Positions 21,205 to 31,383 of a stretch of DNA of 64,000 bases are shown here, piece by piece. Position 1 is the first letter of the stretch, and every line of letters begins with the position of its first letter. The notes under the pieces were generated by a model. That model was not told where the DNA came from. It ran no database searches and saw nothing but the letters and a program-made list of their open reading frames with translations. The position numbers and the translations under genes were made by a program. This stretch comes from Candidatus Latescibacterota bacterium (GTDB lineage: Bacteria; Latescibacterota; UBA2968; GCA-2709665). The stretch is taken from NCBI GenBank assembly GCA_963667175.2, contig CAXXXF010000013.1, forward strand, positions 128,001-192,000, read 5' to 3'.

Positions 21205-22517
21205 GGCTGATTCTCGTCTTTATCGCTCTGAGTCTGCTCATGGCGTGGGCCGGCTCCACTCCGCCCGGAGACGCGCCCGGCGCGTACGCGACCCTGGTTG
21301 TGGGTCTGCTCCTGCTCTCCGGCTACGTGGCGGGTCATGTCCTCGCGACGTTGCGGCTGCCCCGGATCACGGGATACCTCTGCGTGGGCATGCTCACGGG
21401 TCCGTTTCTCCTGGGCTTCCTGACGAGAGAAGCCGTAAGCCAACTCGGTTTTGTGAACGAACTGGCCGTGACGTTCATCGCACTGGCGGCTGGGGGCGAG
21501 TTGCGGGTTGCCCAACTCAGGGAGCGGATGAACGTCATTTTTCTTTCGATGCTCTCCCAGACCACCGTTGTCTTCATCATCGTCACCGTCTTCGTGTTCC
21601 TTGCCGCGCCGCTGCTTCCCTTCACCGCCACCTTCACCAGTCTGCAGATACTCACCGTCGGCATGCTCTTCGGCGTGCTCGCCGTGGCGCGTTCGCCGTC
21701 CAGCGCCATCGCCATTATCAACGAGACGCGGGCGATGGGTCCGTTCACGGAAACCGCGCTGGGCGTCACCGTGGCGCTGGACGTCCTGGTGATCATACTG
21801 TTCGGCGCCGCGGTTTCCTTCTGTGAGGTCGTGATGTCTCCCGCTACCGCCCTGGACACCGGATTTGTCGCCACCCTGGGCGGCGAGGTTCTCCTCGGTA
21901 TCGGCGCCGGCCTGGTCGTGGGCCTGGCCCTGGGTTACTATATCGACCGGGTTCGGGTGAACCTTCCGCTTCTGCTGCTGGGCGCTGCCCTTCTGGTGAC
22001 CAGCATCTCGCACGGCTTCGCCGCGTATCTGAAGGAGGCTTACGGCCTCAATATTCACCCGGAGCCCCTGCTGATCTGCGTGACCGCCGGCTTCACCGTG
22101 CAGAACGTCTCCCGCCAGGGTTTCCGATTCATAGAAGCAATCGAGTCCGTCAGCCTTCCCGTGTACGTGCTGTTCTTCACGCTGGCCGGAGCGGGCCTGA
22201 ACCTGGACGCCCTCAGGCAGACGTGGACCATCGCGATACTGCTCGTGGCCGTGAGAACCGGCGCCATCTACCTGAGCGCGTACGCCGGAGGCCGTCTCGG
22301 AGGCGACCCGCCGCGCTTCAACCGGCTCGCGGGCCTGACTTATCTCACGCAGGCCGGCGTCAGTCTGGGCCTGGCTATGGAGGTCACCCGGCGCTTTCCG
22401 GGCTGGGGAGACGCCTTCGTGACCGTGATCGTCGCCGTCATCGCGGTCAATCAGATGATCGGCCCCATCGCGATGAAACATGCGCTGACGCGCGCCGGAG
22501 AAACCCGGGAAGCCTGA
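21201..22517 (+). CDS. Cation:proton antiporter (CPA2/Kef-like), subunit 2
   Basis: LPRITGY, FIALAAGGEL, SPSSAIAII, FFTLAGA, QAGVSLGL, IGP. Confidence 0.8.
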   Translation: MRLILVFIALSLLMAWAGSTPPGDAPGAYATLVVGLLLLSGYVAGHVLATLRLPRITGYLCVGMLTGPFLLGFLTREAVSQLGFVNELAVTFIALAAGGELRVAQLRERMNVIFLSMLSQTTVVFIIVTVFVFLAAPLLPFTATFTSLQILTVGMLFGVLAVARSPSSAIAIINETRAMGPFTETALGVTVALDVLVIILFGAAVSFCEVVMSPATALDTGFVATLGGEVLLGIGAGLVVGLALGYYIDRVRVNLPLLLLGAALLVTSISHGFAAYLKEAYGLNIHPEPLLICVTAGFTVQNVSRQGFRFIEAIESVSLPVYVLFFTLAGAGLNLDALRQTWTIAILLVAVRTGAIYLSAYAGGRLGGDPPRFNRLAGLTYLTQAGVSLGLAMEVTRRFPGWGDAFVTVIVAVIAVNQMIGPIAMKHALTRAGETREA

Positions 22518-22795
22518 TCGCAATGCCCATTCTGCAGTGACGTCCGCAAACGCCGGCGAGGACCCGATCGCGTAACGGTCTTCAAACCGGTCGAGGTCAC
22601 GCGCGGCAGGCGCGAAGTACCGGTCGATCGTCCGCCACGATGGGAAGTATCTGGTCGATTCGGCTTGCCGTAATGCAGTAATGGCTTACATTATTATCAT
22701 AAGACGAACGACGTTGCGGCCAATTGAAGAGTTCATTCCGGCTTGCGCCTCCCGGTCCATCGTTGCCTTGTATGGAAACGCAAGGAAACTGCAGA

Positions 22796-24352
22796 ATGTC
22801 CATTGAGGGAAAACCACAGCCGTCGGAGGATGCCGGCGAGCACCGCAGGCTGCTCGGCCTGGATATCTACCTGACACCCGTGTTTGTAATATCCAGCATT
22901 AGCATCGTCGCCTTTGTTGCAGGGGCGCTGTTCTTCCAGGAAACCGCGACGGTCGTATCTAAAGAGACGCGCACGTGGCTGACAACGAATCTCGACTGGT
23001 TCTTTATGAGCGCGGCCAACCTCGTCGTACTCTTCTGCGTCTACGTCGCCGTTTCGCCGATGGGGCGGGTGCGCCTGGGAGGGCCGCGCGCGAAACCGGA
23101 ATACACGAACGTCTCCTGGCTTGCCATGCTCTTTGCCGCCGGCGTAGGCATCGGTCTTCTGTTCTTCGGAGTCGCGGAGCCGGTCTACCACTTCATGAGC
23201 CCGCCGCTGGGCATCGCGCCCGGGACGGAGGCAGCCGTCGTCGCGGGCATCGCGGCCACGACGTTTCACTGGGGCCTGCACGGCTGGGCCATCTACGGCG
23301 TCGTCGGAATGTCGCTCGCTTATTTCGCTTACAACCGCGGATTACCGCTCACGATTCGCTCGGCGTTTTATCCCCTTTTCCGCGACCGCGTCTGGGGCTG
23401 GCCTGGCCACGTTATCGACACGTTTGCAATATTCGCCGGGTTGTTCGGGCTGGCAACGTCGCTCGGTCTCGGGGTTCAACAGGTAACGTCCGGCTTCAAC
23501 TATCTGTTCGACGTTCCGGTAAGCAGCGCCACGATGGTGGTCATGATTGTGGCGATCACCGCCATTGCCCTGATTTCGGTGCTGACCGGTATCGACGTCG
23601 GCATCAAACGTCTGAGTCAGTTCAACGTGGTCGTCGCGCTTGGGCTGCTTCTCGCCGTCATCCTGCTCGGTCCGACGGCTTACATCCTGAGCAGTATCGC
23701 CCGTGGGCTTGGCGGATACCTGACAGAGATCGGTCCTCTCAGCAACTGGATCGGCCGCGAGGACACGGGATTCGTTCGAGACTGGACCACGTTCTACTGG
23801 GCATGGTGGTTCGCCTGGGCGCCGTTCGTGGGGACGTTCATCGCCAGGATTTCGAAGGGACGCACGGTTCGCGAGTTCGTGATCTTCGTTCTGTTGTTGC
23901 CGACTCTGTTTGGCCTGATCTGGTTCGGATCCTTCGGCGGCGGCGCTTTTTACCAGTACATCGTCGAGGGTTACGCAGGGGTTGCCGAGAACGTGGAGGC
24001 ATCGCGACTGGAGATCGCGCTATTCAAAATGCTGGACAGATTGCCTGCGTCGGTCCCGTTATCGTGTGTCGCGATGCTTCTGACGATTGTCTTTTTTGTG
24101 ACGTCGTCGGACTCCGGTTCGCTGATCATCGACACGATTGCGGCCGGCGGCAGGGTTGACGCACCGGTGACGCAACGGGTTTTCTGGTGTACGATTGAGG
24201 GGCTGGTGGCGATTGCGCTCCTGCTTGGCGGAGGATTGGAGGCCTTGCAGGCCGCCTCGCTGGCCACCGGTCTCCCGTTTGCCATCGTTCTGTTGGGAAT
24301 GGCGTTTTGCGTCTGGCGAGGGCTGCGCCGGGAATCGCGCGAGTTGTCCTGA
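22796..24352 (+). CDS. BCCT family (betaine/carnitine/choline) transporter
   Basis: SWLAMLFAAGVGIGLLFFG, FHWGLHGWAIY, WTTFYWAWW, FIARISKGRTVREF, FFVTSSDS. Confidence 0.95.
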   Translation: MSIEGKPQPSEDAGEHRRLLGLDIYLTPVFVISSISIVAFVAGALFFQETATVVSKETRTWLTTNLDWFFMSAANLVVLFCVYVAVSPMGRVRLGGPRAKPEYTNVSWLAMLFAAGVGIGLLFFGVAEPVYHFMSPPLGIAPGTEAAVVAGIAATTFHWGLHGWAIYGVVGMSLAYFAYNRGLPLTIRSAFYPLFRDRVWGWPGHVIDTFAIFAGLFGLATSLGLGVQQVTSGFNYLFDVPVSSATMVVMIVAITAIALISVLTGIDVGIKRLSQFNVVVALGLLLAVILLGPTAYILSSIARGLGGYLTEIGPLSNWIGREDTGFVRDWTTFYWAWWFAWAPFVGTFIARISKGRTVREFVIFVLLLPTLFGLIWFGSFGGGAFYQYIVEGYAGVAENVEASRLEIALFKMLDRLPASVPLSCVAMLLTIVFFVTSSDSGSLIIDTIAAGGRVDAPVTQRVFWCTIEGLVAIALLLGGGLEALQAASLATGLPFAIVLLGMAFCVWRGLRRESRELS

Positions 24353-24451
24353 AGCAAAACTCACTCGGGACGGACGTGAAACCCGCATCCTCGGCTGGGC
24401 CTGCGCGCCAGCTTTCTTCCAAACCTTATTACACGTGACAAGGAGGTTCGC

Positions 24452-27400
24452 ATGAAGTGCAGAGGGATGCATCTGTCGTTTCTTGTATGCGTTGCCGTTG
24501 TTCTCTCGGCGCAATGGGTGTGGGCGCAGTCTACCGGCACCGTGACCGGAACCGTGGTCGACGCGGAGACCGGGGAGCCGCTGGAAGGCGCGAACGTGTC
24601 CATCGAGGCGTTGAAGCTGAACCAGTGGTCGGACCCGGCAGGACGCTTTACCATCCGAGACGTGCCGGCCGGCGTCCACGAGCTGAGCGTGCGACTCATC
24701 GGGTATACGGCCGAGCCACGCGCGATCACCGTCACCTCCGGAGCGACCCTGACCGTTGCGTTGCGTATGGAGCTGGCGCTGCTGTTCATGGATGAGCTCG
24801 TCGTGACCGGCACGGCCGTCAAGAAATCTCCCATAAACCAGCCATACGCGGTTGTGGCGGTTGGACGCGAGGAGATGGCGGAGCAGGGTTCCCCGCAGGC
24901 CGTTGATTTCTTCAAGAACCTGGGCGCGAGCCACGGCGTGATCGGCGAGCGCAGCAGTTGGTACAACGCAGGCCAGGCCGCCACCCTTGCCGAGAGCATC
25001 GCCAATGTGAACCTGCGGGGCCTGGGAGCGTCGCGCACCCTGGTGTTGATCAACAGTCGCCGCCAGACCTACGTCCCGGCGCGTCTGATCGGAGGACGCT
25101 TCGTCGACGTGAACGCCATCCCCGCCATCGCTCTGGATCGGGTCGAGGTGCTCAAGGAGGGCGCCTCGGCCATTTACGGATCGGACGCGGTGGGCGGCGT
25201 CGCCAATTTCCTGACCCGCTCCGACTTCGAGGGCTTCGAGGTCTCTGCCGAGCACGACTATTTCGCCAATGCAGGCGACACGAACGCAGGCGCAATCTGG
25301 GGCGGGAAAATCGGCGAAGCCCACGCGGTTGTCGCCGCGGAGTGGCGGGGCCGGCGGGAGTTGAAGCTATCGGAAAGAGAATATCTGCTGCAGCCATGGC
25401 ACGGCGGCGGGCAGCGTCTGGGATGGTCAAGCCTGGGGAATCCCGGCACCTTCGCCGTCGGGTCGCCAGCCCCGTGGACAGCGACCATCCACGCGCCCCG
25501 TTGCGAGGAATTCGGCGGCTTCCGGGAATCCTGGACCTGTCGTTTTCGGTATCAGCCATGGGACAATCTGATCGAGGAAATGAGTCATAGCCGCGTTTTT
25601 GCCGAAGTCAACGGCAAGCTGGCCAACGGCGCTGAATATCACGTTGAGGGTCTTTGGTCCGAAGCCAGGATTCCCAATTGGTACACCACGCCTTCGTACC
25701 CGCCCTTTCCCCTTACCGACACGAGCATCATGGAAGCCGCGCCGAACCATCCGGGCAGGCAGGCCTTCTGCGCGGACTACGGCGCAGATCCGACCGACCC
25801 GTATTACGAAGCATGTCAGGGCGAAGAGAACTGGTATTTCAACGGACGCCCCTTTGGCAACTCGGGCCCGGAACGTCTCTTAAGCCGCAAATCCCGCACG
25901 TATCGCATGGCGGCGTCCTTAAACGGGGACTTCGAGGGAATCGGCGGTCGAGACGCCCATTTCGATCTCGGTATCGCCTACTCGGGCACGTCCGGCAACT
26001 ACAACCTGCCCGGGGTGTACGTCGAGCGGCTCTTCCTCGGCTTCCGGGGATTCGGGGGCCCGCGTTGCGGAGTGGGCGTCGTGGCAGACCCTGCGTCCCT
26101 CGCCGGAATGCGGCTCGGCCCCCTCAGCGGCCAGGTTGCCGGCCAGGGCGACTGCCAGTATTACAACCCGTTCAGCAACGCCATCGAGTACTCGCAGCAA
26201 CCCGGCTCGGCATTTGAGAACAGGGCGAATCCCGACTACCGCTCGGGGCTCGCCAACAGCCCGGAGTTGAGGCAATGGCTCAATCAGGAAGTCGATCTGC
26301 AGAGCACCGCGGATATGCTGGTCGCCGACGCCACGCTGAGCGGAATCTGGATTGAGGACGTCGCGAGCTACGCGGCGGGCTACCAGTTCCGCCTGCTCAA
26401 CGCCACCGGCGATCCCAACGATGAGGGCGACGTTACCCGCAACCCTTGCCCGGTCATCGGCGACAAGAGCTGCTCGGAAGAGGATAAGTTCGGCCCTTAC
26501 GCGTTTACCAACGTGCATCTGCCGTACGACGAATCCCAGACCGTGCATCGCTTCTTTTCCGAAATTCCCCTGCGCCTGGGGTCGCGCTTCGACGTCCAGC
26601 TCGCCGCCAACTACGAGTTTCACGACGTGGCGAGCAGTTTCGATCCCAAGTTCGGCTGGCGCTATCAGCTGGTGGATTCCCCGGCGCAATCCCTGTTTCT
26701 CCGCGGCTCAGTTCAAACGACGTTTCGCACCCCGTCCCTGGACGACGTGAATGAAAGCCCGCTGACGACGCTCGAGTGGATCAACGAAACGGGCGCGTAT
26801 CAAGCGGTGGACCGAATCGGCAGCAAGGACCTCAGACCCGAACAGGCTTTTACCTATAACGCGGGCCTCGCGCTTATTACCGAGACGGGATTCGAAGCGA
26901 CCGTGGACTACTGGAGTTACGACTTCAGCGACGTGATCGGTTCCATGCCCCACGGCGCCATTACCGCCCTATACGCGGTTGAAGCAAATAAGGATGCGCT
27001 GAAACAGTTCATCGTCTGCCCCGACGGGCTGGGCACGGGCACGTGCGAGGCCTCCCAACTCGAGCGGGTGCAAGTCGACATCGTGAATTGGCCTGGGCTC
27101 AAAACCTCCGGAATCGATCTGCACCTGAATGCGCGGGCGCAGCGTGGCACGGGGCTGTTCAGGGCCAGCCTGGAAGGCACCTATACGCTGGCGTACGAGA
27201 CAAAATCCCTGCGGTTGGGCGGCCTGGCGCTTCAGGACGCCGCAGACGCCGCGGGCTACCTGAATTTCGGCAATCCGATCGCAACGTCGCTTCCCAAGTT
27301 CAAGGGACGGATTTCCGGGAGCTATTACAGGCAAGACTGGACCTTCGCGAGCTATCTGAATTACATCTCGTCTTACGAAGACCGGGGGTCGACAGCATCG

Positions 27401-27628
27401 GATAATTCGACGATCAAGAGCATATTCGGCACAATCGAATCGCATCTGACCTGGGACGCGACGTTCATGTGGAACCTGCCAAACGGGATAAACCTTACGC
27501 TGTCCGGGGTGAATCTGCTCGATAAGAGGCCCCCGCTCGTGAATATGGAGCAGGCCTACGACGGCTTCACCCACGATCCGAAGGGCCGGCGGGTGAAGCT
27601 GGCCGTTACCTATCGCCTCGGGGGTTGA
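24452..27628 (+). CDS. TonB-dependent outer-membrane receptor with N-terminal carboxypeptidase-regulatory-like domain
   Basis: Signal peptide, GTVTGTVVDAETGEPL, plug NLRGLGASRTLVLIN / RVEVLKEGASAIYGSDAVGGVAN, C-terminal NLLD...GRR. Confidence 0.92.
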   Translation: MKCRGMHLSFLVCVAVVLSAQWVWAQSTGTVTGTVVDAETGEPLEGANVSIEALKLNQWSDPAGRFTIRDVPAGVHELSVRLIGYTAEPRAITVTSGATLTVALRMELALLFMDELVVTGTAVKKSPINQPYAVVAVGREEMAEQGSPQAVDFFKNLGASHGVIGERSSWYNAGQAATLAESIANVNLRGLGASRTLVLINSRRQTYVPARLIGGRFVDVNAIPAIALDRVEVLKEGASAIYGSDAVGGVANFLTRSDFEGFEVSAEHDYFANAGDTNAGAIWGGKIGEAHAVVAAEWRGRRELKLSEREYLLQPWHGGGQRLGWSSLGNPGTFAVGSPAPWTATIHAPRCEEFGGFRESWTCRFRYQPWDNLIEEMSHSRVFAEVNGKLANGAEYHVEGLWSEARIPNWYTTPSYPPFPLTDTSIMEAAPNHPGRQAFCADYGADPTDPYYEACQGEENWYFNGRPFGNSGPERLLSRKSRTYRMAASLNGDFEGIGGRDAHFDLGIAYSGTSGNYNLPGVYVERLFLGFRGFGGPRCGVGVVADPASLAGMRLGPLSGQVAGQGDCQYYNPFSNAIEYSQQPGSAFENRANPDYRSGLANSPELRQWLNQEVDLQSTADMLVADATLSGIWIEDVASYAAGYQFRLLNATGDPNDEGDVTRNPCPVIGDKSCSEEDKFGPYAFTNVHLPYDESQTVHRFFSEIPLRLGSRFDVQLAANYEFHDVASSFDPKFGWRYQLVDSPAQSLFLRGSVQTTFRTPSLDDVNESPLTTLEWINETGAYQAVDRIGSKDLRPEQAFTYNAGLALITETGFEATVDYWSYDFSDVIGSMPHGAITALYAVEANKDALKQFIVCPDGLGTGTCEASQLERVQVDIVNWPGLKTSGIDLHLNARAQRGTGLFRASLEGTYTLAYETKSLRLGGLALQDAADAAGYLNFGNPIATSLPKFKGRISGSYYRQDWTFASYLNYISSYEDRGSTASDNSTIKSIFGTIESHLTWDATFMWNLPNGINLTLSGVNLLDKRPPLVNMEQAYDGFTHDPKGRRVKLAVTYRLGG

Positions 27629-27656
27629 CAGCCCGCTCCGGTTGACGAATTCGAGG

Positions 27657-27690
27657 AAGGCATCCGGCAGGCTCGCGGGTGCCTTTTCTA
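27657..27690 (+). terminator. Intrinsic terminator
   Basis: AAGGCATCC...GGGTGCCTT followed by a T run. Confidence 0.55.
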
Positions 27691-27869
27691 TTTGGATTCG
27701 CCTCAAATTTACCGATATCGCCGCGGCATAAGAAAACGTTGCAAACTCGATACCCAAACGGCATATTAACGGCGTTCGAGTGGAGCCCCGATTGGATTGA
27801 ACGACCGTGATCTTCGATTCCAGGCCCCACGATCAGATGCGAACCGCACCCGCGCCACCCGGAATTTGA

Positions 27870-28364
27870 ATGAACAAACGCGAAGATTATCTGTCCTGGG
27901 ACGAATATTTCATGGGCGTTGCGCTGCTTTCCGCGCTCCGGAGCAAGGACCCCAACACCCGCGTGGGCGCCTGTATCATCAACGAGAAGAAGAAAATCGT
28001 CGGAATCGGTTACAACGGCCTGCCCCTCGGCTGTTCGGACGACGAATATCCGTGGGCGAGAGAGGGCGACTTTCTCAACACCAAATACCCGTACGTCTGC
28101 CACGCCGAACTCAACGCGATCCTGAACAAGATCGACACCAACCTCTACGATTGTACGATCTACGTCACCCACTTTCCCTGCAACGAGTGCGCGAAAGTGA
28201 TCATTCAGTCCGGCATTCGAGAAGTCATCTACCTGGCGGACAAATACGCCGAGACCGATTCGGTCAAAGCCTCCAGACGCATGTTCAACAGCGCCGGCGT
28301 CGTCTACCGGCAACTTACCGGGCACCGGGAGCACGTGCACATCGAATTCAAGGATCTCGCCTGA
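27870..28364 (+). CDS. dCMP deaminase
   Basis: SWDEYFM, RSKDP, CHAELNAI, FPCNEC. Confidence 0.93.
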   Translation: MNKREDYLSWDEYFMGVALLSALRSKDPNTRVGACIINEKKKIVGIGYNGLPLGCSDDEYPWAREGDFLNTKYPYVCHAELNAILNKIDTNLYDCTIYVTHFPCNECAKVIIQSGIREVIYLADKYAETDSVKASRRMFNSAGVVYRQLTGHREHVHIEFKDLA

Positions 28365-28376
28365 AAGGAATCCGCT

Positions 28377-29210
28377 ATGCCCGCTGCCGACTGGCTGCCG
28401 GCCGGTTCGGACCTCACGTCCGTCGCATCCCGATACGCAAACCCGCTCCACGCCCTGGCAGCCGCCGAGATTCCCGCCATCCTTCTAAGGCAGGCCTACA
28501 ACCCGGGCCACTGTGAGGGCCTTATCCGCCGGTTCATAGACCGCGGCCTGATGCGGGATCCGGCGGACACGGCGTCCGGCGATACACGCACCCGTATCGA
28601 CGTCGGCACCAGTCTCGGAAACAGGGGCGGCGACCGGAAGGGGTTTTTCGAACACGCCGGACAGACCCACGCCCTGTTCGAACGCCTCTTCGACGGTTTC
28701 GACAATCCGGTCGACGTCATCTACAACAGCCTCGCCGCTCTTGCCGGCGGCAAACGGGTGATGACGGCGCGTGAACCGGACGGCCGCCGATACGGTCCCG
28801 CCATCTTCCGCATTCACTACACCCATCACGTCTACCAGCCGCACATCGACCACGTCTCGCTTCGTGAAAAACGTTTCGATTACGAGGTCTCCCGGTTCGA
28901 GCACCAGTTTGCGGGTGTGCTGTGCTTCCAGAACGCGGACCAGGCCGGACCGGCCACCCAGGCCATCCTGCATCGCTGCCTGTGGACGGAGGACGTCGAG
29001 GTCCATATTGCCGCAAACACCTTTCACGAATACGCCCGGCTGAACAACGTCGAGCGCTGCCGGGTCGCCCTTGAACCGGGCGACCTGTACTTCTTCAACA
29101 CCCGCTGCATTCACGAAGTCCCCGCGGTCGAGGGAAGCGATCCCAGGATTGTCCTGGCCGTATTTATCGGCTATTCCGACGACGATGGCGAGGTTTACGT
29201 CTGGGCCTAG
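28377..29210 (+). CDS. Putative 2OG-Fe(II) oxygenase-fold protein
   Basis: HxD (HID), PGDLYFFN...HEV...R motif arrangement. Confidence 0.55.
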   Translation: MPAADWLPAGSDLTSVASRYANPLHALAAAEIPAILLRQAYNPGHCEGLIRRFIDRGLMRDPADTASGDTRTRIDVGTSLGNRGGDRKGFFEHAGQTHALFERLFDGFDNPVDVIYNSLAALAGGKRVMTAREPDGRRYGPAIFRIHYTHHVYQPHIDHVSLREKRFDYEVSRFEHQFAGVLCFQNADQAGPATQAILHRCLWTEDVEVHIAANTFHEYARLNNVERCRVALEPGDLYFFNTRCIHEVPAVEGSDPRIVLAVFIGYSDDDGEVYVWA

Positions 29211-29311
29211 CACGATCCCGTGGCCCACGCTCGAAACCCGCCCCCCGTAGCCGGTCTCACACCGCGTCTCTTGTCCGGGAGCAATACAAGCGGATCCCTG
29301 GAGCCGCCGCC

Positions 29312-30697
29312 ATGCCGGAAGTCGTGTACCGGGGAATTCTCCTGCCGGAATGCCCTGCCACCGCCGACGTCAAGTCGGTCCTGCCGGACTACCGGGCCAT
29401 GCTGCTTGCCGTGATGGCCGCCATCGCGGACCGCTACGAACGCACCCCCGGGTACCCATTTATCGATACCAAACTGGATCTCATTAGCGGCGAGGACTTC
29501 GATGCTGACGATCCTCTGAAGGGTCCGAACGCGGTCTATGGATGGATTCAGGGGCGCGGGTTGGAATCTCTGGCCGGGCACTGCCGCTGGATGCGCCGCC
29601 ACAACCTGAACGCGGAACTCCGACGCCGCCTGGAGCGCATCACGGCCGACGTACTCGAGGCGCTGCTCGACGTTCGCGACCGAAACGCCGGCCACCTTTC
29701 GTTCTTCATGTCGCCGCGAGGGATTCCGTTTGCGCCGGACGGGGAAGGCGGGATCCGGACGTTGAGGTTCTCGGAGGAGTCGAGTTACGGCTTCAGCGAC
29801 CTGTTCAGCGCCAAGGGCATGGTCGCCGCGGCGAGATACCTCGGGTTGCGGGAGGCCGAAACGGAAGCCAGGGAATACTGCCGCCGCGTGGACGACGCCA
29901 TTCACGAGGGCCGTTTTACCACCGACCAGATTTCGCTGGATCCCAGGAATCCCACCGGGCCCCGGCCGGGCCGCCACCCTCACGGCGCGTTCATGATTCA
30001 GATCGGCGCGGCGGCGCTGCTGGCCGAACACGGCGTTTGCGACGGCGTGGAGATGGGGCTCCGCCTCATCCGTCACGAACTGCAGACCTACGTCAACCTG
30101 GATGGACGGGTTCCGCGCCTCCGGGAGTACGACTTCTGGGAGGCCGTGGACGACGACGGCCGGCCCTGCGAGGAGAACGGGAGGGTCCTTTGCGATCCGG
30201 GACACGTCCTCGAATTCATCGGCCTGACGCTGAAATTCACCTTGGCCGTCAGAAAGAACGGCCTCGCGGATGCTGACCAGATCGAGGAAATCGACGGCGT
30301 CGAATCCCATATGCCCGCCCTGCTGTCACATACCTTTGCGGGGGGGTTCCAGCCTGGTCCCGGCGGCATCTGCAAGGCGTTCGACCTGGTTTCCCGCACG
30401 CCCGCCAATACCGACATGCCGTGGTGGAACCTGCCCGAGACGCTGCGCGCCGCCGCGTATTGTTTTTCGATCGCCCGAACCGGGGCGCAACGACGGAACG
30501 CCCTCGGCATATTCAGCGCGTGCCACAACGCCTTCACAAGGCACTTCGTTCGTCCGGACCTTCATCTGATGGCCTATCAGACCCGCGACGAAGCCGGGCG
30601 GGTCGTGCCGGTCATACCCGCCACCGCGGACGCGGACCCGGGATACCACACCGGCCTGAGCATCATCGACGTGCTCGAAGTCTTCGAAAACACGTAG
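29312..30697 (+). CDS. AGE/N-acylglucosamine 2-epimerase-like (alpha/alpha barrel) protein
   Basis: YGWIQGRG, DPGHVLEF, PWWNLPE, DPGYH. Confidence 0.6.
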   Translation: MPEVVYRGILLPECPATADVKSVLPDYRAMLLAVMAAIADRYERTPGYPFIDTKLDLISGEDFDADDPLKGPNAVYGWIQGRGLESLAGHCRWMRRHNLNAELRRRLERITADVLEALLDVRDRNAGHLSFFMSPRGIPFAPDGEGGIRTLRFSEESSYGFSDLFSAKGMVAAARYLGLREAETEAREYCRRVDDAIHEGRFTTDQISLDPRNPTGPRPGRHPHGAFMIQIGAAALLAEHGVCDGVEMGLRLIRHELQTYVNLDGRVPRLREYDFWEAVDDDGRPCEENGRVLCDPGHVLEFIGLTLKFTLAVRKNGLADADQIEEIDGVESHMPALLSHTFAGGFQPGPGGICKAFDLVSRTPANTDMPWWNLPETLRAAAYCFSIARTGAQRRNALGIFSACHNAFTRHFVRPDLHLMAYQTRDEAGRVVPVIPATADADPGYHTGLSIIDVLEVFENT

Positions 30698-30720
30698 CGA
30701 CTCGAGAATTTCAGGCAGCC

Positions 30721-31383
30721 ATGCGACTCGAGATCAAAAATCTCTCACTTCGGTACGGCACAAAACCCCCCCTGTTCGAACGGGTAAATCTCACCGTTGA
30801 CAGCGGAGATTTCATCCTCATACACGGACCTTCGGGAAGCGGGAAATCCAGCCTCCTCAGGCTGCCCAGCCGGCTGCAGGAACCGGCCTCGGGCGAGATC
30901 CTGCTGGATGGCCTCTCCGTGAGGCGGCACAACGTCACCGAATTGCGGCGAACGGTCGGTTACGTGCAGCAGACACCCGAAATGGCCGTCGGTGCCGTGC
31001 GTTCCAACCTGACCCTGTCGTTCACGTTCAGGGCCGCCCGCGAAAAGCGATTGCCGGACGAAAACAGACTCCGAACCCTTCTGGACGATTTTCTGCTTCA
31101 GGACGTGGACCTCGACGACGACGCGGAAACCCTCTCCGTGGGCCAGAAGCAACGTATCGCCCTGATCCGGACCCTGTTGTCCGAACCCCGTTTTCTCCTT
31201 TGTGACGAACCCACGTCCGCCCTCGACCCCGAGTCCAAATCGGTGGTCGAAACCTGGCTGGAACGCCTCGCGCTGGAGCAGAACATCGGCATCGTGCAGG
31301 TTACCCATCTGGACTTCAGGCCGGATCGGGTCGGGGCCCGACGCTATCGCCTCGATGGCGATCTGCGGGAGGTCTGCGGATGA
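30721..31383 (+). CDS. ABC ATP-binding protein (FetA/YbbL-like)
   Basis: GPSGSGKS, LSVGQKQR, LLCDEPTSALD. Confidence 0.88.
   Translation: MRLEIKNLSLRYGTKPPLFERVNLTVDSGDFILIHGPSGSGKSSLLRLPSRLQEPASGEILLDGLSVRRHNVTELRRTVGYVQQTPEMAVGAVRSNLTLSFTFRAAREKRLPDENRLRTLLDDFLLQDVDLDDDAETLSVGQKQRIALIRTLLSEPRFLLCDEPTSALDPESKSVVETWLERLALEQNIGIVQVTHLDFRPDRVGARRYRLDGDLREVCG

Noticed and set aside
27870-28364. dCMP deaminase as an anti-phage dCTP deaminase
   Set aside because: Short single-domain housekeeping form without the kinase-like domain, and outside the island
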